DNA of 64,000 nt from Massalongia carnosa (taxonomy: Eukaryota), in assembly GCA_965645245.1 (NCBI GenBank), contig OZ287082.1:744001-808000 (forward strand), in the 5' to 3' direction. This document shows, piece by piece, positions 22,715 through 35,575 of the stretch. How positions within the stretch are numbered: position 1 is the stretch's first letter; each line of letters starts with the position of its first letter. The position numbers were made by a program, and so were the translations under genes. The notes below the pieces were generated by a model that made no database searches, was not told where the DNA came from, and worked only from the letters and a program-made list of their open reading frames with translations.

Positions 22715-23927
22715 GATAAGTGAATGAAAAAAGAATTCTTAGTGTGTTCAACGAGTCAAAGATATAGAGAACTCTTCAATTCTTGAACCTAATCTCAATC
22801 CAAGCTTTTATTGCTAGGTGTCAGGTTAAAATGAAGAAGATAAAGACATTCAGTAGAAGCTTGACAGAGACAGCGCCTGTATACAGAATTGAGATGATTT
22901 TTTTAATGTGTGAAACGGCTGACTATAGTTAACAAATCCGACACCCCTTTCGAACTTTCGTTCTATGTCCTAATATCACCACCGTCACTGCATAAAAGGC
23001 CTACAATGGTATCCGGCGAATTATTTGTTAGCGAGTTAAGATACATATGGTGACCCTGGGTTTTTGCAAGAGAGGTACGGGGTATGTGCCAGGAAGAAAC
23101 GGGGGTGAATACAGGCTTGTCGCCAAATTTGCAGTAGGGCTCTATTGTAATGGGCTACGAGACCAGTAAGCTAATCACGAGCGACACTGATCTCGAAAGG
23201 GGAAATGCTCAGCGTGAGAGGAGGAAGATAGCTACTACGTGCTAGTCTCCGAGAGTATATGTGATCCAAAGAACTAATGGATGTGGAAGTGCTTGGACCA
23301 AGAGATCTCGTCCGAGACCCAAACGTAGGTTGTTCATAGAATAAAGACTAATTGCTAACGAATACTACAGGATTCGTTCTGGTATTTATCCTACTCACCC
23401 CAAGCCTATAGCCTTGGGAGCCTTGGAACCTTAGGAGCCTTGCAACCCACTTCTGACCTTATCGCCTTACATCTAACCATCCCTCAGGATCCATCTACGA
23501 ACTCGGCGTTCGCTGGATCATCTAGTCAGCCTCGAGCAGCCTTCTAGACCTTCCCTTGCAAGGTAGAACACTTCTACCTCCGGCTAGATCCCTCACTACA
23601 TTGCTAGCCCGCCTCTAAACATAAAGTCTAGACGCCGAGGCTATGTAGCTTCATTTCGCCGTCACCACTACCAACGTAGCGATGGAAGGTTACCTCCGAC
23701 TGAATCTCTATCTACACAGCGGACCTGCCTCTAGACACAAGGTCTAGACCACAAGGTCATGTAGGTTCACTCAGTCGACATCACTACCAACGTAGCAATA
23801 AAGGTGGAAGCTGAAGTTTACACCGGGGAGGCCGAGCTCAAGCTGCGTCCAGCTAGCCGTGCCTCCTGCTACAACTCTTGATCCATCAAGAGATCGAGTA
23901 GCTCCGAGTAGGCCAGTAGATCCCATA

Positions 23928-26025
23928 CGAGACTGTGCCATCTCAGACCTGAGATTAATTTGCTACTACTTTTCATTTGCTTACTATTCGGCTTGTTATT
24001 TGGCTTGCTATTTTTTCATGCGAATCTCAAAATATCTCGGATTTCTGCTCCGGACCTGCTCCGCTTCGCTCCGCAACGGCCCTGCGCCATCTCCTCCTTG
24101 ACACCCGCCAAAGCATCTGTCAAAGCATCTTTCAAATAGTCTCCCAGATAGCCTCCGCTGATTGTAATAAGGCCCCACATCTAGCTCCTAAATAGCCTTC
24201 AAATAGTCTCTGCCGCTTTTCAAATAACCTCCCTTTTTTCCCTGAAAATTCCACCTCGACGTTTTTTTGTCTGCTACCCAGAACACCGTTAATCTACCAT
24301 CTAGACCACCTTTTGTCAATCATCCAAACTATCTCTTGATCACCGTCCTGACCACCTTTTGACCACTACCCTGATCACACTTTGACCGTCACCCGTATTA
24401 CTTTTTGTCCACCCTTCCAGGCTATCTTCTGTCTATCGTCCAGATCAACTGACAGATCATCGTCCAGACCACCTTTTAATCATCACCCAGATCACCTTTG
24501 TCCATCATTCAGACCCTCTTTAACCACTATTCATATCATCTTTTATCCATCACTCATATCATCTATTGACCAACGTTCATATCATCTTTTGTCCACCTGC
24601 AAGACCACCTTTCGACCTTCACTCAGACCACCTTTTGATCACTATTAAGATCCCCTTTTTTCCACCTCCCATATCATCTTTTGTCCACCTGTCAGATTAT
24701 CTTTTGCTCACCTGTCAGATCATCTTTTGTCTATCGTCCATATCATCTTTTGTCTATCGTCTATATCATCTTTTGTTCATCGTCTTGACCAACTTTTGAT
24801 CATCACCCAGACCATCTTTAGTCCACCACTAATAACCTTTTTTTCACCTGTCAGGCCAACTTTTGTTCATCACCCAGATCACCTTTTGTCCATCGTCCAG
24901 ACCACCTTTTGACCACCTTTTGACCACCTTTTGCCCATCTTTTGTCCATCATCTAGACCACCTTTGTCCATTACTAATATAACCTTTTGTCCACCTGTCA
25001 GGCCACATTTTGTCCACCTGCCAGAGCACCTTTTGTCCACCCCTCATATCACCTTTTGATCATCGTCCAGACCACCTGCCAGACCACCCGCCAGACCACG
25101 TGCCAGACCACCTTTTGTCCACCTGCCAGACCATCTTTTGTCTACCTGCCATGCCACCTTTTGTCCACCTGTCAGACCACCTTTTGTCCATCCCTCATAT
25201 CAACTTTTGATCATAATCCAGACCACCTGCCAGACCACCTGCCAGACCACCTGCCAGACCACCTTTTGTCGACCTGCCAGACCACCTTTTGTCCACCTGC
25301 CAGACCACCTTTTGTCCATCCCTCATATCAACTTTTGATTATAATCCAGACCACCTGCCAGACCACCTTTTGTCTATCACCCAGACCACCTTTTTTCTAC
25401 CTGTCAGACAGACCACCTGCCAGACCACCTGCCCGACCAACTTTTGTCCATCACCCAGCCACCCAGACCACCTTTTGTCTATCACCCAGACTACCTTTTG
25501 TCTACCTGCCAGACAGTCTTTTGTCTATTACCCAGACCTCTTTTTGTCCCTCACCCAGACCAACTTTTGTCTACCTGCCAGACCACATTGTGTCTACCAC
25601 TAAAATCATTGAATAGCCAGTAATTAATGATGATAGAAATAAATTATGAAATAGATGAAGCAGATGATGAAGTAAATGATGAAGTAGCAACGCGTTAACA
25701 AAACAATAATAATGTTGACACTAAACTACATCTAGTGAACATTAAACCGAATCGAGGTTTTTTGCAAGTTCGTTAGACGGACGGATTTAGCGCGGTTTTC
25801 GGGAACATCAAAACATGAAAACCTCAAATAACGACCACCTCTCACGTCCCACAACGGGCGTAAAAGAACGTAGTTTTCGTGATACGGATTGATATCCACA
25901 GGATTAGTTGAACCACCAAGTTTGACGAAGTGAAACGGTCCGGTACGGTGGAGGCAAGAGGGGAGTTTTTGGTCCTGTCCGCACGACGTCCTCTCCGCAT
26001 TATTACTACTTCAGTACTATATAGA
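23928..26025 (-). mobile_element. Non-autonomous Helitron related to 6746-10552
   Basis: Minus strand starts TCTATATAGTACTG and shares ~200 bp with 6841-7060; ends ATCTCAG-GT-CTGAGAT-GGCACAGTCTCG; A|T empty site confirmed by the LTR copy near 45001-45015. Confidence 0.9.
24290..25600. repeat. Modular minisatellite (CCAGACCACC / TTTTGTCCA / CCTG modules) inside the Helitron
   Basis: Dozens of degenerate copies of CCAGACCACCTTTTGTCCACCTG; most homogeneous at 24985-25590. Confidence 0.9.
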
Positions 26026-27001
26026 TAGAGTTCACGGCTTCTCCACAGGAGTTCGCCTTACTCCATGGCAATCTACCACCACGGCCTCGACAGGTGTTTG
26101 ATCTGTAAGCAGTCTATTCGGAGTTGTATGGCAAGGTGGCGTCGTGTCAACCTCGACGGCTGTGCGGCTAAGTACTACGGCCTGGCTCATGCTAGTTAAT
26201 CCCGCAACCGCCGTAGGCGATCACGTATCCTTCTAGCGCCATCCGTATTACATCTATCTACATGCTCTGATTGGCTCGAAGCCCTGGTTTTCACCCATGT
26301 GCTGTCATGCAAAAAACCCACGAGCTGTGTGAACCATGTATGGTAGATAAACCTAGCACTCTTACTGTACTGTGGTAAGGGAGGACGGGGTATTTGCAGG
26401 AAAACAGGGCCTGTGGTCCAACTGTGGTTAATTTCGAGGGTACGGAGGTACAGATTCGTACAGCCACAACAGCGTACGTTGTTCCGCAGTAAAATACAGT
26501 AGCGCTGCGTCACGAACGGCACAGCCTCCGCATAGACTAGCATCCCGTTTCTATGCCGCTGAATGAGTACCACAGTATGCATTATCCTACGCACGAGGCG
26601 TCATTATGCGGCTAGGTGAGAAAAAGTGACAAGCATACATAAGTCACTAAACGGACGACCGGGTGTCCCCTCCAACTGGTGAGCGGGAGAGATGTCTTCA
26701 CAATGCATTCCACTTGGACTACTTTACCCTCTTACTTAGAAAACAATCGAGGTTTCGCAACTTATTTTAGCATCATATATGTCATATCTCGCCCTAGAGT
26801 CTATCCGCCATCATGCTGGAGATATCCCATTCGGGATAAAGGTCCTAACCCAGCATGTTCACAGTCTGCTAGTGGCTAGTTAGTGACTGGTAACCCTTGA
26901 TATGATTTAGCCCTAGGAACATTGGAATACTCGTAACTGCATTATGTGTTGAAGTGAATTGTTGATCACTATAGTGCATGTACGAATATTTGAAAGGAAT
27001 A

Positions 27002-29361
27002 TCGTATTTATAAGACCCTGCTTTTGGGTAAGACCCTCCAGGATATAAGACCCCGTTCAAATTGCTTAATTCCGAACATAGGGGGGATCCTGATCTATAA
27101 GACCATAATTTCGAGATTTTGGCATGACAAATCATCAACAGGGCAATTTTGTGCAAAACAGTAGTAAAAATTCTCTAAGCATCAGTAAAAATCCCCTGCA
27201 AATCAATCGTCATCAACATCCATCTCAGTATCGCTATTCAAAACGGCCCTAGATTCATCACTCAAAACATACTCCCTAACCTCAATGACGCCTTCAGTTT
27301 CGTAATCCTTCTGTACCTCCTCGCTATTATCGGTTGTATCAGGCTCCTCTACCTCTTGTATATCCTCCTGACCGGTAGAAAGCTTCCAATCGCCTACCGT
27401 TATGCCTGGTATGTCTTTAACTGACAACTCATCATCCTCCGACCCGTCTACAGCAAGAGACAATCCCAAATTTCGAAAGGTTTGACAAATCAAAGAAGAA
27501 TGCTCCATGTACATTTCCCTCCACGCTTTTCCCACCCATTTGGTTATCATATTTCGTCGATCACCCACCGTGTATGAGCCTTTATTCCATTTCTCGAAGT
27601 GCTCATCGTAATGAATGTCGGCTAGCTCCGATATTCGATTCTTAAAAGGTTTATTAATGGCGACGTCTAGAACTTGAATAAACCCGGTGCAGCCGGAAGG
27701 AATAAATGATGCTGTGACGTTTAAATCTTTAAAGGCTTGTTTAACCTAAAATTTGTTAGCAAACATGAGCAGCTTGAAAACAAAATGCTCAGTTATTTAC
27801 CTCTTCGGTTTTCTGTATCGCAAACACATCTAATGATAGAAAACGCCGTGTATTAGCGTTATGAAGTCCTAGAGTAGCGTATTTATACTGCTGTTTTAGC
27901 CATCGACACATGACTTTTCCATTGCAGTAGGCCTTTGGATCCCATTGAACTACTACTCCCGAGTCGTACTGCGTCATCACCTTCTTGATTCGACTGCATT
28001 TTGTTCTATCTTGGCCTTTAAATATGAGAAGAGGTTTGCATCGATTAATGCCGTCAGCAGAAACATAAATCATCAAAGTGGCTTGTCTTTTGTCCCATCC
28101 AGACCGATGGGTTTTAATCCATACAGTTTTGGCACCTTTAAAATCGTAGCATTGACCTTGCAGGAACTCGTAAGCAATAGGAGTCTGATCCATATTGCTG
28201 ATATCGCAAAGACGAAATCTTCCTCCTCCATGCAAAGGAATTTGACCCAAAAGCGGTTGAGAATTGCGACGATTAAATTGTAACCACAACTGGATAATAT
28301 CGCGAAAGTTCTCGGGAATCTGATATGAACCGAATGCCGTTAGTTCAATATCATCAAAAAAATTAACATTTGATTACTCACCTGCTGAGCTTTTTTGGTA
28401 GGATTTCTGACAGCTATACCACACCTTCGTCTGAATCCATGAAACCAACCATTAGAGAATTTGAACTCGGCATACTCAGTCATTCTTCCGGATGCCTTAG
28501 TCACTCGATAAGGATATAATTGACCATACACCTGACGACCCTGACGAACAAACCAACGTTTATTGATTTTACGTCCAGAGTTACGGGCTTCCATGAATAA
28601 CTCCAAAAGTCACCTTTCAAGCTCAGGCTCTTTACATACACCCATAGCTTTGCTGTCTTTTCGTTTACCTTTAGGTTGAGCGGCGATACTCGAACTACTT
28701 TCAATCCACTTTCTCAGCATCGTGGTAGTAATTCCAAGATTGTTGGCTGCAGCATATTTACTGATAAGCTTCATACTTCCATCCTTCTGAGACTTCCAGG
28801 TAGTTTGAGCATAGCTAATAGCAGCTAGTTTCTGCTCTCTGGTGTAGGATACTCGATGTCGAGGAGCATCATATTCGTCGTCAGAAATATCGCGAAGTGT
28901 AGGATGATCGGCCACCTCTCGATGCAGACGAAATTGTTTAATGATAGAAGCATTATCATTGGAACAACCGGGCATGCTAGGAATTGAAGGCTGCATAAAC
29001 GCTTTCTTGGGAAGTCGGGCTGAATGCAAGCTGCGAAGACTGGTGGACTTTGAATTAGGCCGAGAACGAGGCTGGTTTTGAGCCTGCATAGGACTCTGGA
29101 CGTGCGAGAGAGCCATGAAATAAAGCAATGAAAAGATGATAAAGGTGGATAAAATGATGAAGTAATACGTAACTGGGATACCTCCAACGCGGGCCAAACT
29201 TGATGCGCGTCTTCGTGTTTTTCCCCTGCTTACTAAGATCTACTCCCTCATAAGATCATACCTGTTTATAAGACCCCCCTGCTTATAAGACCCCGTTCCA
29301 AATAACCCTCGGGTTGTCCACCCCCCTATAAGACTAGAGTCTTATTTGCCAGATAATACGG
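27002..29361 (-). mobile_element. pogo-like (Tc1/mariner superfamily) DNA transposon
   Basis: TA|TCGTATT ... AATACGG|TA termini; multiple ATAAGACC subterminal motifs at both ends; transposase inside. Confidence 0.88.
27203..29116 (-). pseudogene. Spliced pogo-type transposase (HTH + CENP-B-like HTH + DDE), introns 28320-28381 and 27746-27800; stop at ~28610
   Basis: SYTREQKLAAI..LGITTTMLRKW; FSNGWFHGFRRR; NMDQTP; LSLDVF; QVLDVAINKPFK; introns GTGAGT..CTAAC..CAG and GTAAAT..GCTAAC..TAG. Confidence 0.85.
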
Positions 29362-30129
29362 TAGTTTTGATTAATTCTATCGTGGGTGCTTTATGAGCAC
29401 CCACATCGGCTAATCTACCCTAGGCCCATTCCGGCCAAGCCGTCACCAACTGCCTGACACTTTTCCGTTAGCCTAATGTTTAGCGTAACATCAACATTAT
29501 GCAGTCACCGTATGCCGAAAACTACATTACTCGATATGATGACCACAAAACTTTCGCACTTTTTAGCTAGCACTAGAAATTGCATTCGTTACCCATACAA
29601 GCCCTCAATAGTAATTGTGATCACGTAGAATTGCTCCCCGACTCTGTAGCTATCTTGGCCGAAAGTTATATCGTCCCTTCTGTCGTGGCTGCATTGTGGC
29701 AACCATGGGGAGCTCTTTTGTCGTGCCCAACGACGCCCCCCCCGATTCACTAGACGAGCATCGTCACTTCCTCACCAATGTGCCTAGTGAAACGCAGCCA
29801 CCTTGTGTTTATTGCTATTCTAGTGTTTGGGCAAAGTCCTGACCCTAGGGTGTGGCATGACACCGATCGTGCGCCGTCCGCGCCGGGTTCGGAGCCGCAA
29901 CGGGTAGGCTACGGGGTCCATGGACGCTGTAGATGCGAACCCTGCGGTCAAGACATACTCCCAAACCCCCAAAACCGTGTTTCTCGCAGAGGAATGGTTT
30001 AGAGCGTGCGAAGTCTCGCGATGGTGCAGGTGCGGTGTGCATGTGGTGAGGGTTCTGGTGAGGTGCGGAACATGTGGTATTTAGCCTCTTTGATGTCGTC
30101 TCGAGGCATTCCATATGATTGAGGAGTTT

Positions 30130-31080
30130 GTGTGTATGTATAATCGTTCCATATGATTGAGGGGTTTGTGTGTATGTATAATCGGTAGGCGTCTGATTCC
30201 CAGCGTCCTAGCAGCTTGATTTCATCCTCGTTTAGGCCGGCGTTTTTCGCGGAGGTGGCGGCCCCTCTCCGAAAGGAGTGACCTGAATAATTTCCCTGAT
30301 ATCCCTTGTCTTTTAGAACGTCTCGTAATGCTTTAGTGACAAAGTTTCGTGTGAAAGCCTTTTTGGATAGAACAGAGGTTGGGTGAGATTTGTTGGAAAA
30401 CGTTCGATCAGATTTCTCAATGATCGGACTGGGCAGGCTTCGTCGTTGACGGCCGCTACTGTAACTGTGACCCCTTGTCGGAAGGGATCCGTCTTGGAGG
30501 CGGGAAGGGTCAGCTGTAATCTGTCCTCGCTCAGTAATAGTGAACCTCTGGTTATGTGCCATTGGGCAAAGTCGTCTCCCCACATGTTTTCTTCCCATGT
30601 GAATTCTCCGATACGTAAGAAGGCCGCGAAGGCTAAACAGAAGGCCGCATGCAGTGTGGCTCCCCTTAAGGAATTTTGATCAAAAGTACTAACGATCTCT
30701 TTTAGGATGGATCGGATTATAGGACGACGTTCTCGCGGCTGGGCGGCGGGACGGAGCCGGCGTATGCCTGCCACGATTCTCTCTAGTTGGGGATGATGGA
30801 AAAGGTCTAATTCGGCCTTCGACGCGCCTCGGTCGACTTGATAAGATCTGATGCCGCTTAAGTATTGTTTTATTGTTTTTGGGTTAATTCCCTTGTCGCC
30901 TAAATGAGCTGCTCAGTCGCATCATGAGCGAATGGACGGAGAAAAGGGGACGTGATTCCATATCACGCAGTATTCGGTGTAGCTTCGTCGTGCCTGCTCG
31001 TACGATGTTCTAGTCCCTACGGCTAGGCCCTACCATAGATATTTCGCTGCTGAGTTTGACAGTTCTTGGTTTTGGAACCA
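30130..31080 (-). pseudogene. Tyrosine recombinase of the YR retrotransposon (stops and frameshift)
   Basis: AFAAFLRIGEF (R), SKTDPFRQG (K), YSGHSFRRGAAT (HxxR), LGRWESDAYRLY (W, Y). Confidence 0.93.
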
Positions 31081-33291
31081 GTGTTCCGGTGGTTCACCGA
31101 TTGTGCCCCGTGGGCTAATGTCAAGTCCTGTAGTAAAGTATAGTTGTCAGCAATTTTGTTCCATTGACCGCGGGAAAGCATATCTGCCAGAATATTCGCT
31201 CTTGATGAGATCCAATGTGATTCAATGACGATGTCATGTAATGCTAGTAGCATGGCAATATTCCGTAGGGGTTTCATGGCCGGGCCGCGTATGGAGCCGT
31301 TGCGTAGTCCATTTACGACCGCTTGATTGTCGCCATATATGACGAGTTTGGATCCTTTAAAAATAGGTAACCATTTGCGCATTGCGTGTAATGCAGCCAT
31401 CATTTCTTTGACATTGATATGTTTCTTCATGTCTCTGGACAAGGTCCTTATCAAGAATACTTCGGCGGACGAGACTAGAGATTCCTTTGAATGTCCTTCA
31501 TCGATCGTTCCAACTATTTCGCTATGCGCCATGCGTGACGCAGCATGTTCCCGGACGAGGTCCGGTGAACCTTTGATACCTCGAGCAGATGCTGCGAGAA
31601 ATTCTTTGGAATTTTCTTCGTCTGTCATCCCGGCCATCCGCATCGAAGACACCTCGGCAGACACCTCTAGAAATTCGCTGTAATTTCCTTCTTCGGTTAT
31701 CTCGGTTGTCCCGGACTTAAAGGTGCGCATTGCGATGTCCCCGGACGAGGTCCGTATGGCTGACGTCTCGGCAGGTGTGACTAGGAATTCGTTGAAATTC
31801 TCGTCGTCTATCACCCCGACTATCCCCTGAGACTGCGAGACCCGGACATCTTGTATCCTCAACTCGTTGTCTGAAGACGTCTCGAAAGAGATTGAGTTCT
31901 TCTTCTTTGAAGGCATCCAATGCGAGGGTCTCGTGAGAACACCTCGTCTTGGGAGAGATACCTCGGCAAACGCACGCTGTGTTTCGGTTGTCTCTAGTGT
32001 TTGTGTATTTGAATGACGAGAAAGCGTGCCCGCTTCGGTGGAGTGTGGGGTTCGGTGCACCGAATAGTACCCGCCCATTCCCCATGTTCCCGAAGCGTCT
32101 GTCCATAGACGAATTTCCTCTCTAGTGTTCAGCGATCGTAAGATTTGAACGCCGTTCCATCGGGGCAAGAAGTATTGCCACCATAATAGATCTAGGCGCA
32201 TGTCTCCGCCTATGCGGATCCGACCCGTGTCTTCGCCGAGGGCGGTAAATAGGCGGCGTAAGAAGGCTCTGCCTAGTTTGACCACTTTGGCCACAAATGA
32301 TAGAAGCCCCAGAAGGGAACCTAGTTCGTCTTTGGACATATAGTCTTGCGTCAATGCGCTGTTGACCCATTCGATGGCCTTTTTTAATTTGTCGGGAGGT
32401 AGGCGGGCTTCCATGCGTTGGGTGTCTAGTGTTAACCCGAGAAAATCGCAGATTTGCCCCGTCTCTCCCTTTGATGTGTTTATACGCATGCCCAACTCGT
32501 CGCACAACGTGTCGAACGCTGACTCGTAACGGGATGCCTCCTCGCTCGTCTTGACAATCGCGAGGAAGTCATCTAAATAATGTAGGACTAGCCAGTTCTG
32601 AACGACTAAATATCCAGTTTATTCCCTTCGCGAAGAGGTCGAAGATAAATGGAGAGGTACGAAGACCAAATGGGAGGAAGATGTCCATCCAATAAGAATT
32701 GTTCCACTGAAAACTCAGTAGCCACCAGTCCGCTCTTGCGACGGGTATGTGCCGGAAGGCGTCCGCGAGGTAGCGTTTTACGAGGTATGCTCCTCGTCCG
32801 ACGTCAAGAAGAGCTTCTAGTGCTTCGTCAAATGACGTGTACTCTAAGGCGCCCCATTCAGCGGGAATGTGATAATTGACCGAGCCCTTGCGTGGATGAG
32901 ACTGATGGTGAATTCTTCGCCATTTGCCATTGGGCTTGGGGACGAGGCCCAGTGGGGAGGACATAAAGTGAGGCGGTGGTTCCCGTACGGGTATTACACG
33001 GTGATGTTGAATCTGTTCGTCTAGATCTTTGGACAACACCTCGGGTACATCTTTGGCAGAAGATAGGTTCGGACATATGATACGCTGTTTTGGCCCTGTG
33101 TAGCCAATCCTTGCCCCACATCGAATGATGTTAAGAATTTTCCTTCTATAGACACTGTCTGGATGTTTCTCCAATCGTCGTTTCCATCCCGCTGACATAA
33201 GTGGGCATCGTACCTCGTCCGCATCCGCGTCGGTGTCTATCCGATATGGAAAACCCTCGGAAATGAACGAGAGAGCGCTTGAGACGGATAG
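31023..33291 (-). pseudogene. YR-retrotransposon RT-RNase H, frameshift near 32600
   Basis: SSPLGLVPKPNGKWRRIH, LADAFRHIP, LPFGLRTSPFIF, HYLDDF, FLGLTLDT, LWTDASG, HINVKEM, GDNQAVV, NILADMLSRG. Confidence 0.92.
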
Positions 33292-34407
33292 TCAACTGGG
33301 CTTGCTTTGCTGTGGAGGATATGGATTGACGCGCATGCGACAATCGCGTTGCGTATGCTGGCGTCCGCATGACGCGCAAACGTGACGAAATGTGCAGTTG
33401 CTTGGACAATCGCCACCATTGTTGTATCGTCTGCACGCTGCTATGCCGCGTTGATCGTCTTGACGTGACGTGCGTTGAACGAGTGAATTCGTGCTCTGTG
33501 TTCGACGAAGATTGGAGCCAGCGTTGTAATCGATTTTTCGACGGAGATTTCGTTCCTCTAAACCTCTGTTCGGGGTCCGCCAACCGCGCGGGTCGTCCAC
33601 GCCCTCCACGAGGCGGGCTTTATGAAAGCAGTAGTGAAATTGACGAATTGATTCGAACGTGTATAGAAGAGACCATCCTAGCAATTGATCGATGTAGACG
33701 TGCATTGCCACTTGTAGTTCTATTTGTGTGCCCGCGTGAGCGATGTGAATGACGATTTGACAGTATATGAGAAACGCGCGAAGAAGATGTGTGATTCCTC
33801 GTGCGTCCGAGGCCAGGGCGTCCTCTTTCCGATATTCCACCTCGGTCGACCCGATTCTTAGATATTTGTTTTTGGGCTGAACTGACTCGTATTCGGTCGA
33901 CAGCTTCATAATATTCTCCACTTTGAACTTGTTGTCACGGATGTTTTTGAAGTGCTCCGTGTCTACCATTGTAAATCGAGCTATCAGAGAATGAAACATA
34001 GGAGACGTACCCTCAGCATGAAATGTCGCGAACGCGCTCGGTCTCGCTGGTAGTATTAAAGAATTTGTGGGTGGTGCGAATTCTGTGCGTGACGGCACCG
34101 CTTCGTCTCTGAGAGGTTGTATCTCGCGTTCGAGCTCTGCCTCCTCTTGCTCGATTTCTCTGGCTTTTACTTCGGCTCGTAGCCTTTCGGCTTCCGCCCT
34201 GAGGGCCGCGCGACGGTCTGGAGGCGGGATTGCCTCGGGGGAGGAGTGGCGTGACTCATTTTCTATTGTGGCCTCTATAGAGTCTGATTAAGGTGTGACT
34301 CGGCCTCCCCGGCCGCGTGTGCCTCTGCCTCGACCCCGACTGCCGGTCGCACCACGGGGAGGAATGGTCTGGCGATTCTCTCGCCCGCTTTGACTACGTG
34401 TGTTCAT
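33292..34407 (-). pseudogene. YR-retrotransposon ORF1/Gag (RG-rich N-terminus, coiled coil, C-terminal Cys/His finger); one stop at ~34288
   Basis: MNTRSQ..RGRGRGTRGRGG; CRRYNNGGDCPSNCTFRHVCASCGRQHTQRDC. Confidence 0.8.
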
Positions 34408-35575
34408 TATATGAATGGAATATGAATAATATGTTTGCGTGTGTGTGAGTGTGTGTGTGTAGAAACAGCGCAACATGATTTTTGATGAGTGTTGATGAGG
34501 AAAGAGAGAAGGGATAGGGGGATGGAGGAGGTGAAGAGTTTTTCACCTCCCTGCTAGCGTCCGGCCCTATCCCGCTTACACGCCTGGTGCCATCCGTCAC
34601 GGTGACAACTTCACTAGCCCCCAGCAAGCTGGTGCGTATTGTTGTTTTCGTACGTTTTCAATGACAAGCGTTAACACATTACAGATATATTTTTTCATGT
34701 TGCAAGAAGACAAGCTTTATGATTCTCACATGTTGTTCGATTGCGTTGCATTTCTAGTTATTTATATTTTTATCATTCGACGAGAGATCTTTGAATTCGT
34801 ACGATTGTGAAATGTACACAAGATACGTAAACAGCGTCAGCGATTCAATTCTTTATCTGATCAATTTGTCAGATTGTAAAATTATTTCAATGAAGAAATA
34901 GAAGATCATCGTCTTCAAATAAATGCGAAATTGTTACAAATATTGCAAGACGACGTGACAGAATGACGTAAACATGTTATCATTTAAAATTTCACGTACG
35001 AGATTAATGATGTTACAGTCATTGATGAATATCTTTCTACGACAATCTTGCAATGAATTCAAGAAATCATGCAAGAATTTGACATTGACAACATTATCGC
35101 TGCAGCAGATACTTTTTCTAATCAATCACAAGATCGTACGCATTGTGTAACGTATTTATTATTGCGAAAAGCAGTAGCGGGTCACATTCAATGTCAACAA
35201 GAGTCGAAATTGAATTTGTGTCAAATGTCAAATGTCTGTCAGGACAGCTTACTACAAGACATGAAGCGGTCGCACCCTTCTGCAGGGGGTGCGCGGGAAG
35301 ACACCCATGCGATATTCTCAACCGGTCCAATCATATAATAGTGATTAGTTTGACGAACGTGGCCTGATCAAGGTGGGGCTATAGCATAAAGAGCCCTTCG
35401 CCCACCTCTTTCGGAGGGCCACTGATCAATCTATTGATTACACTCCACCTACTGTTATTCCATAGCGACTCCTATTCTATTGTCCTACCACTACTGTAGA
35501 GCCATATAGTCACACTGTTCGTATTTCGCCTCACATATTGATCAGTCTTAAAACGAAGAACGGTCCGACTACGAT

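Larger units (their letters stand above)
23146..26252. mobile_element. Long solo LTR (~1.0 kb) interrupted by a Helitron
   Basis: TGTAATGG...CGTATTACA; TSD TCTAT; uninterrupted homologue at 44230-45256. Confidence 0.92.
29830..34630 (-). mobile_element. DIRS/Ngaro-type tyrosine-recombinase retrotransposon (ends approximate)
   Basis: Gag-like ORF, RT, RNase H and tyrosine recombinase in that order; no protease or DDE integrase; terminal repeats not resolved. Confidence 0.88.

Noticed and set aside
24382..25616. Protein-coding ORFs with TTCQ/PDHL repeats
   Set aside because: Open in several frames because the minisatellite lacks stop codons; lies inside a non-autonomous Helitron.
29400..29900. 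Split direct repeats or ITR/ICR of the YR element
   Set aside because: Only short matches (TTCACTAG, CCGTCAC) to the 5' end were found; too weak to define termini by eye.
29999..30774. Phage integrase, Crypton or Starship captain
   Set aside because: The recombinase directly follows RT-RNase H in DIRS/Ngaro order.
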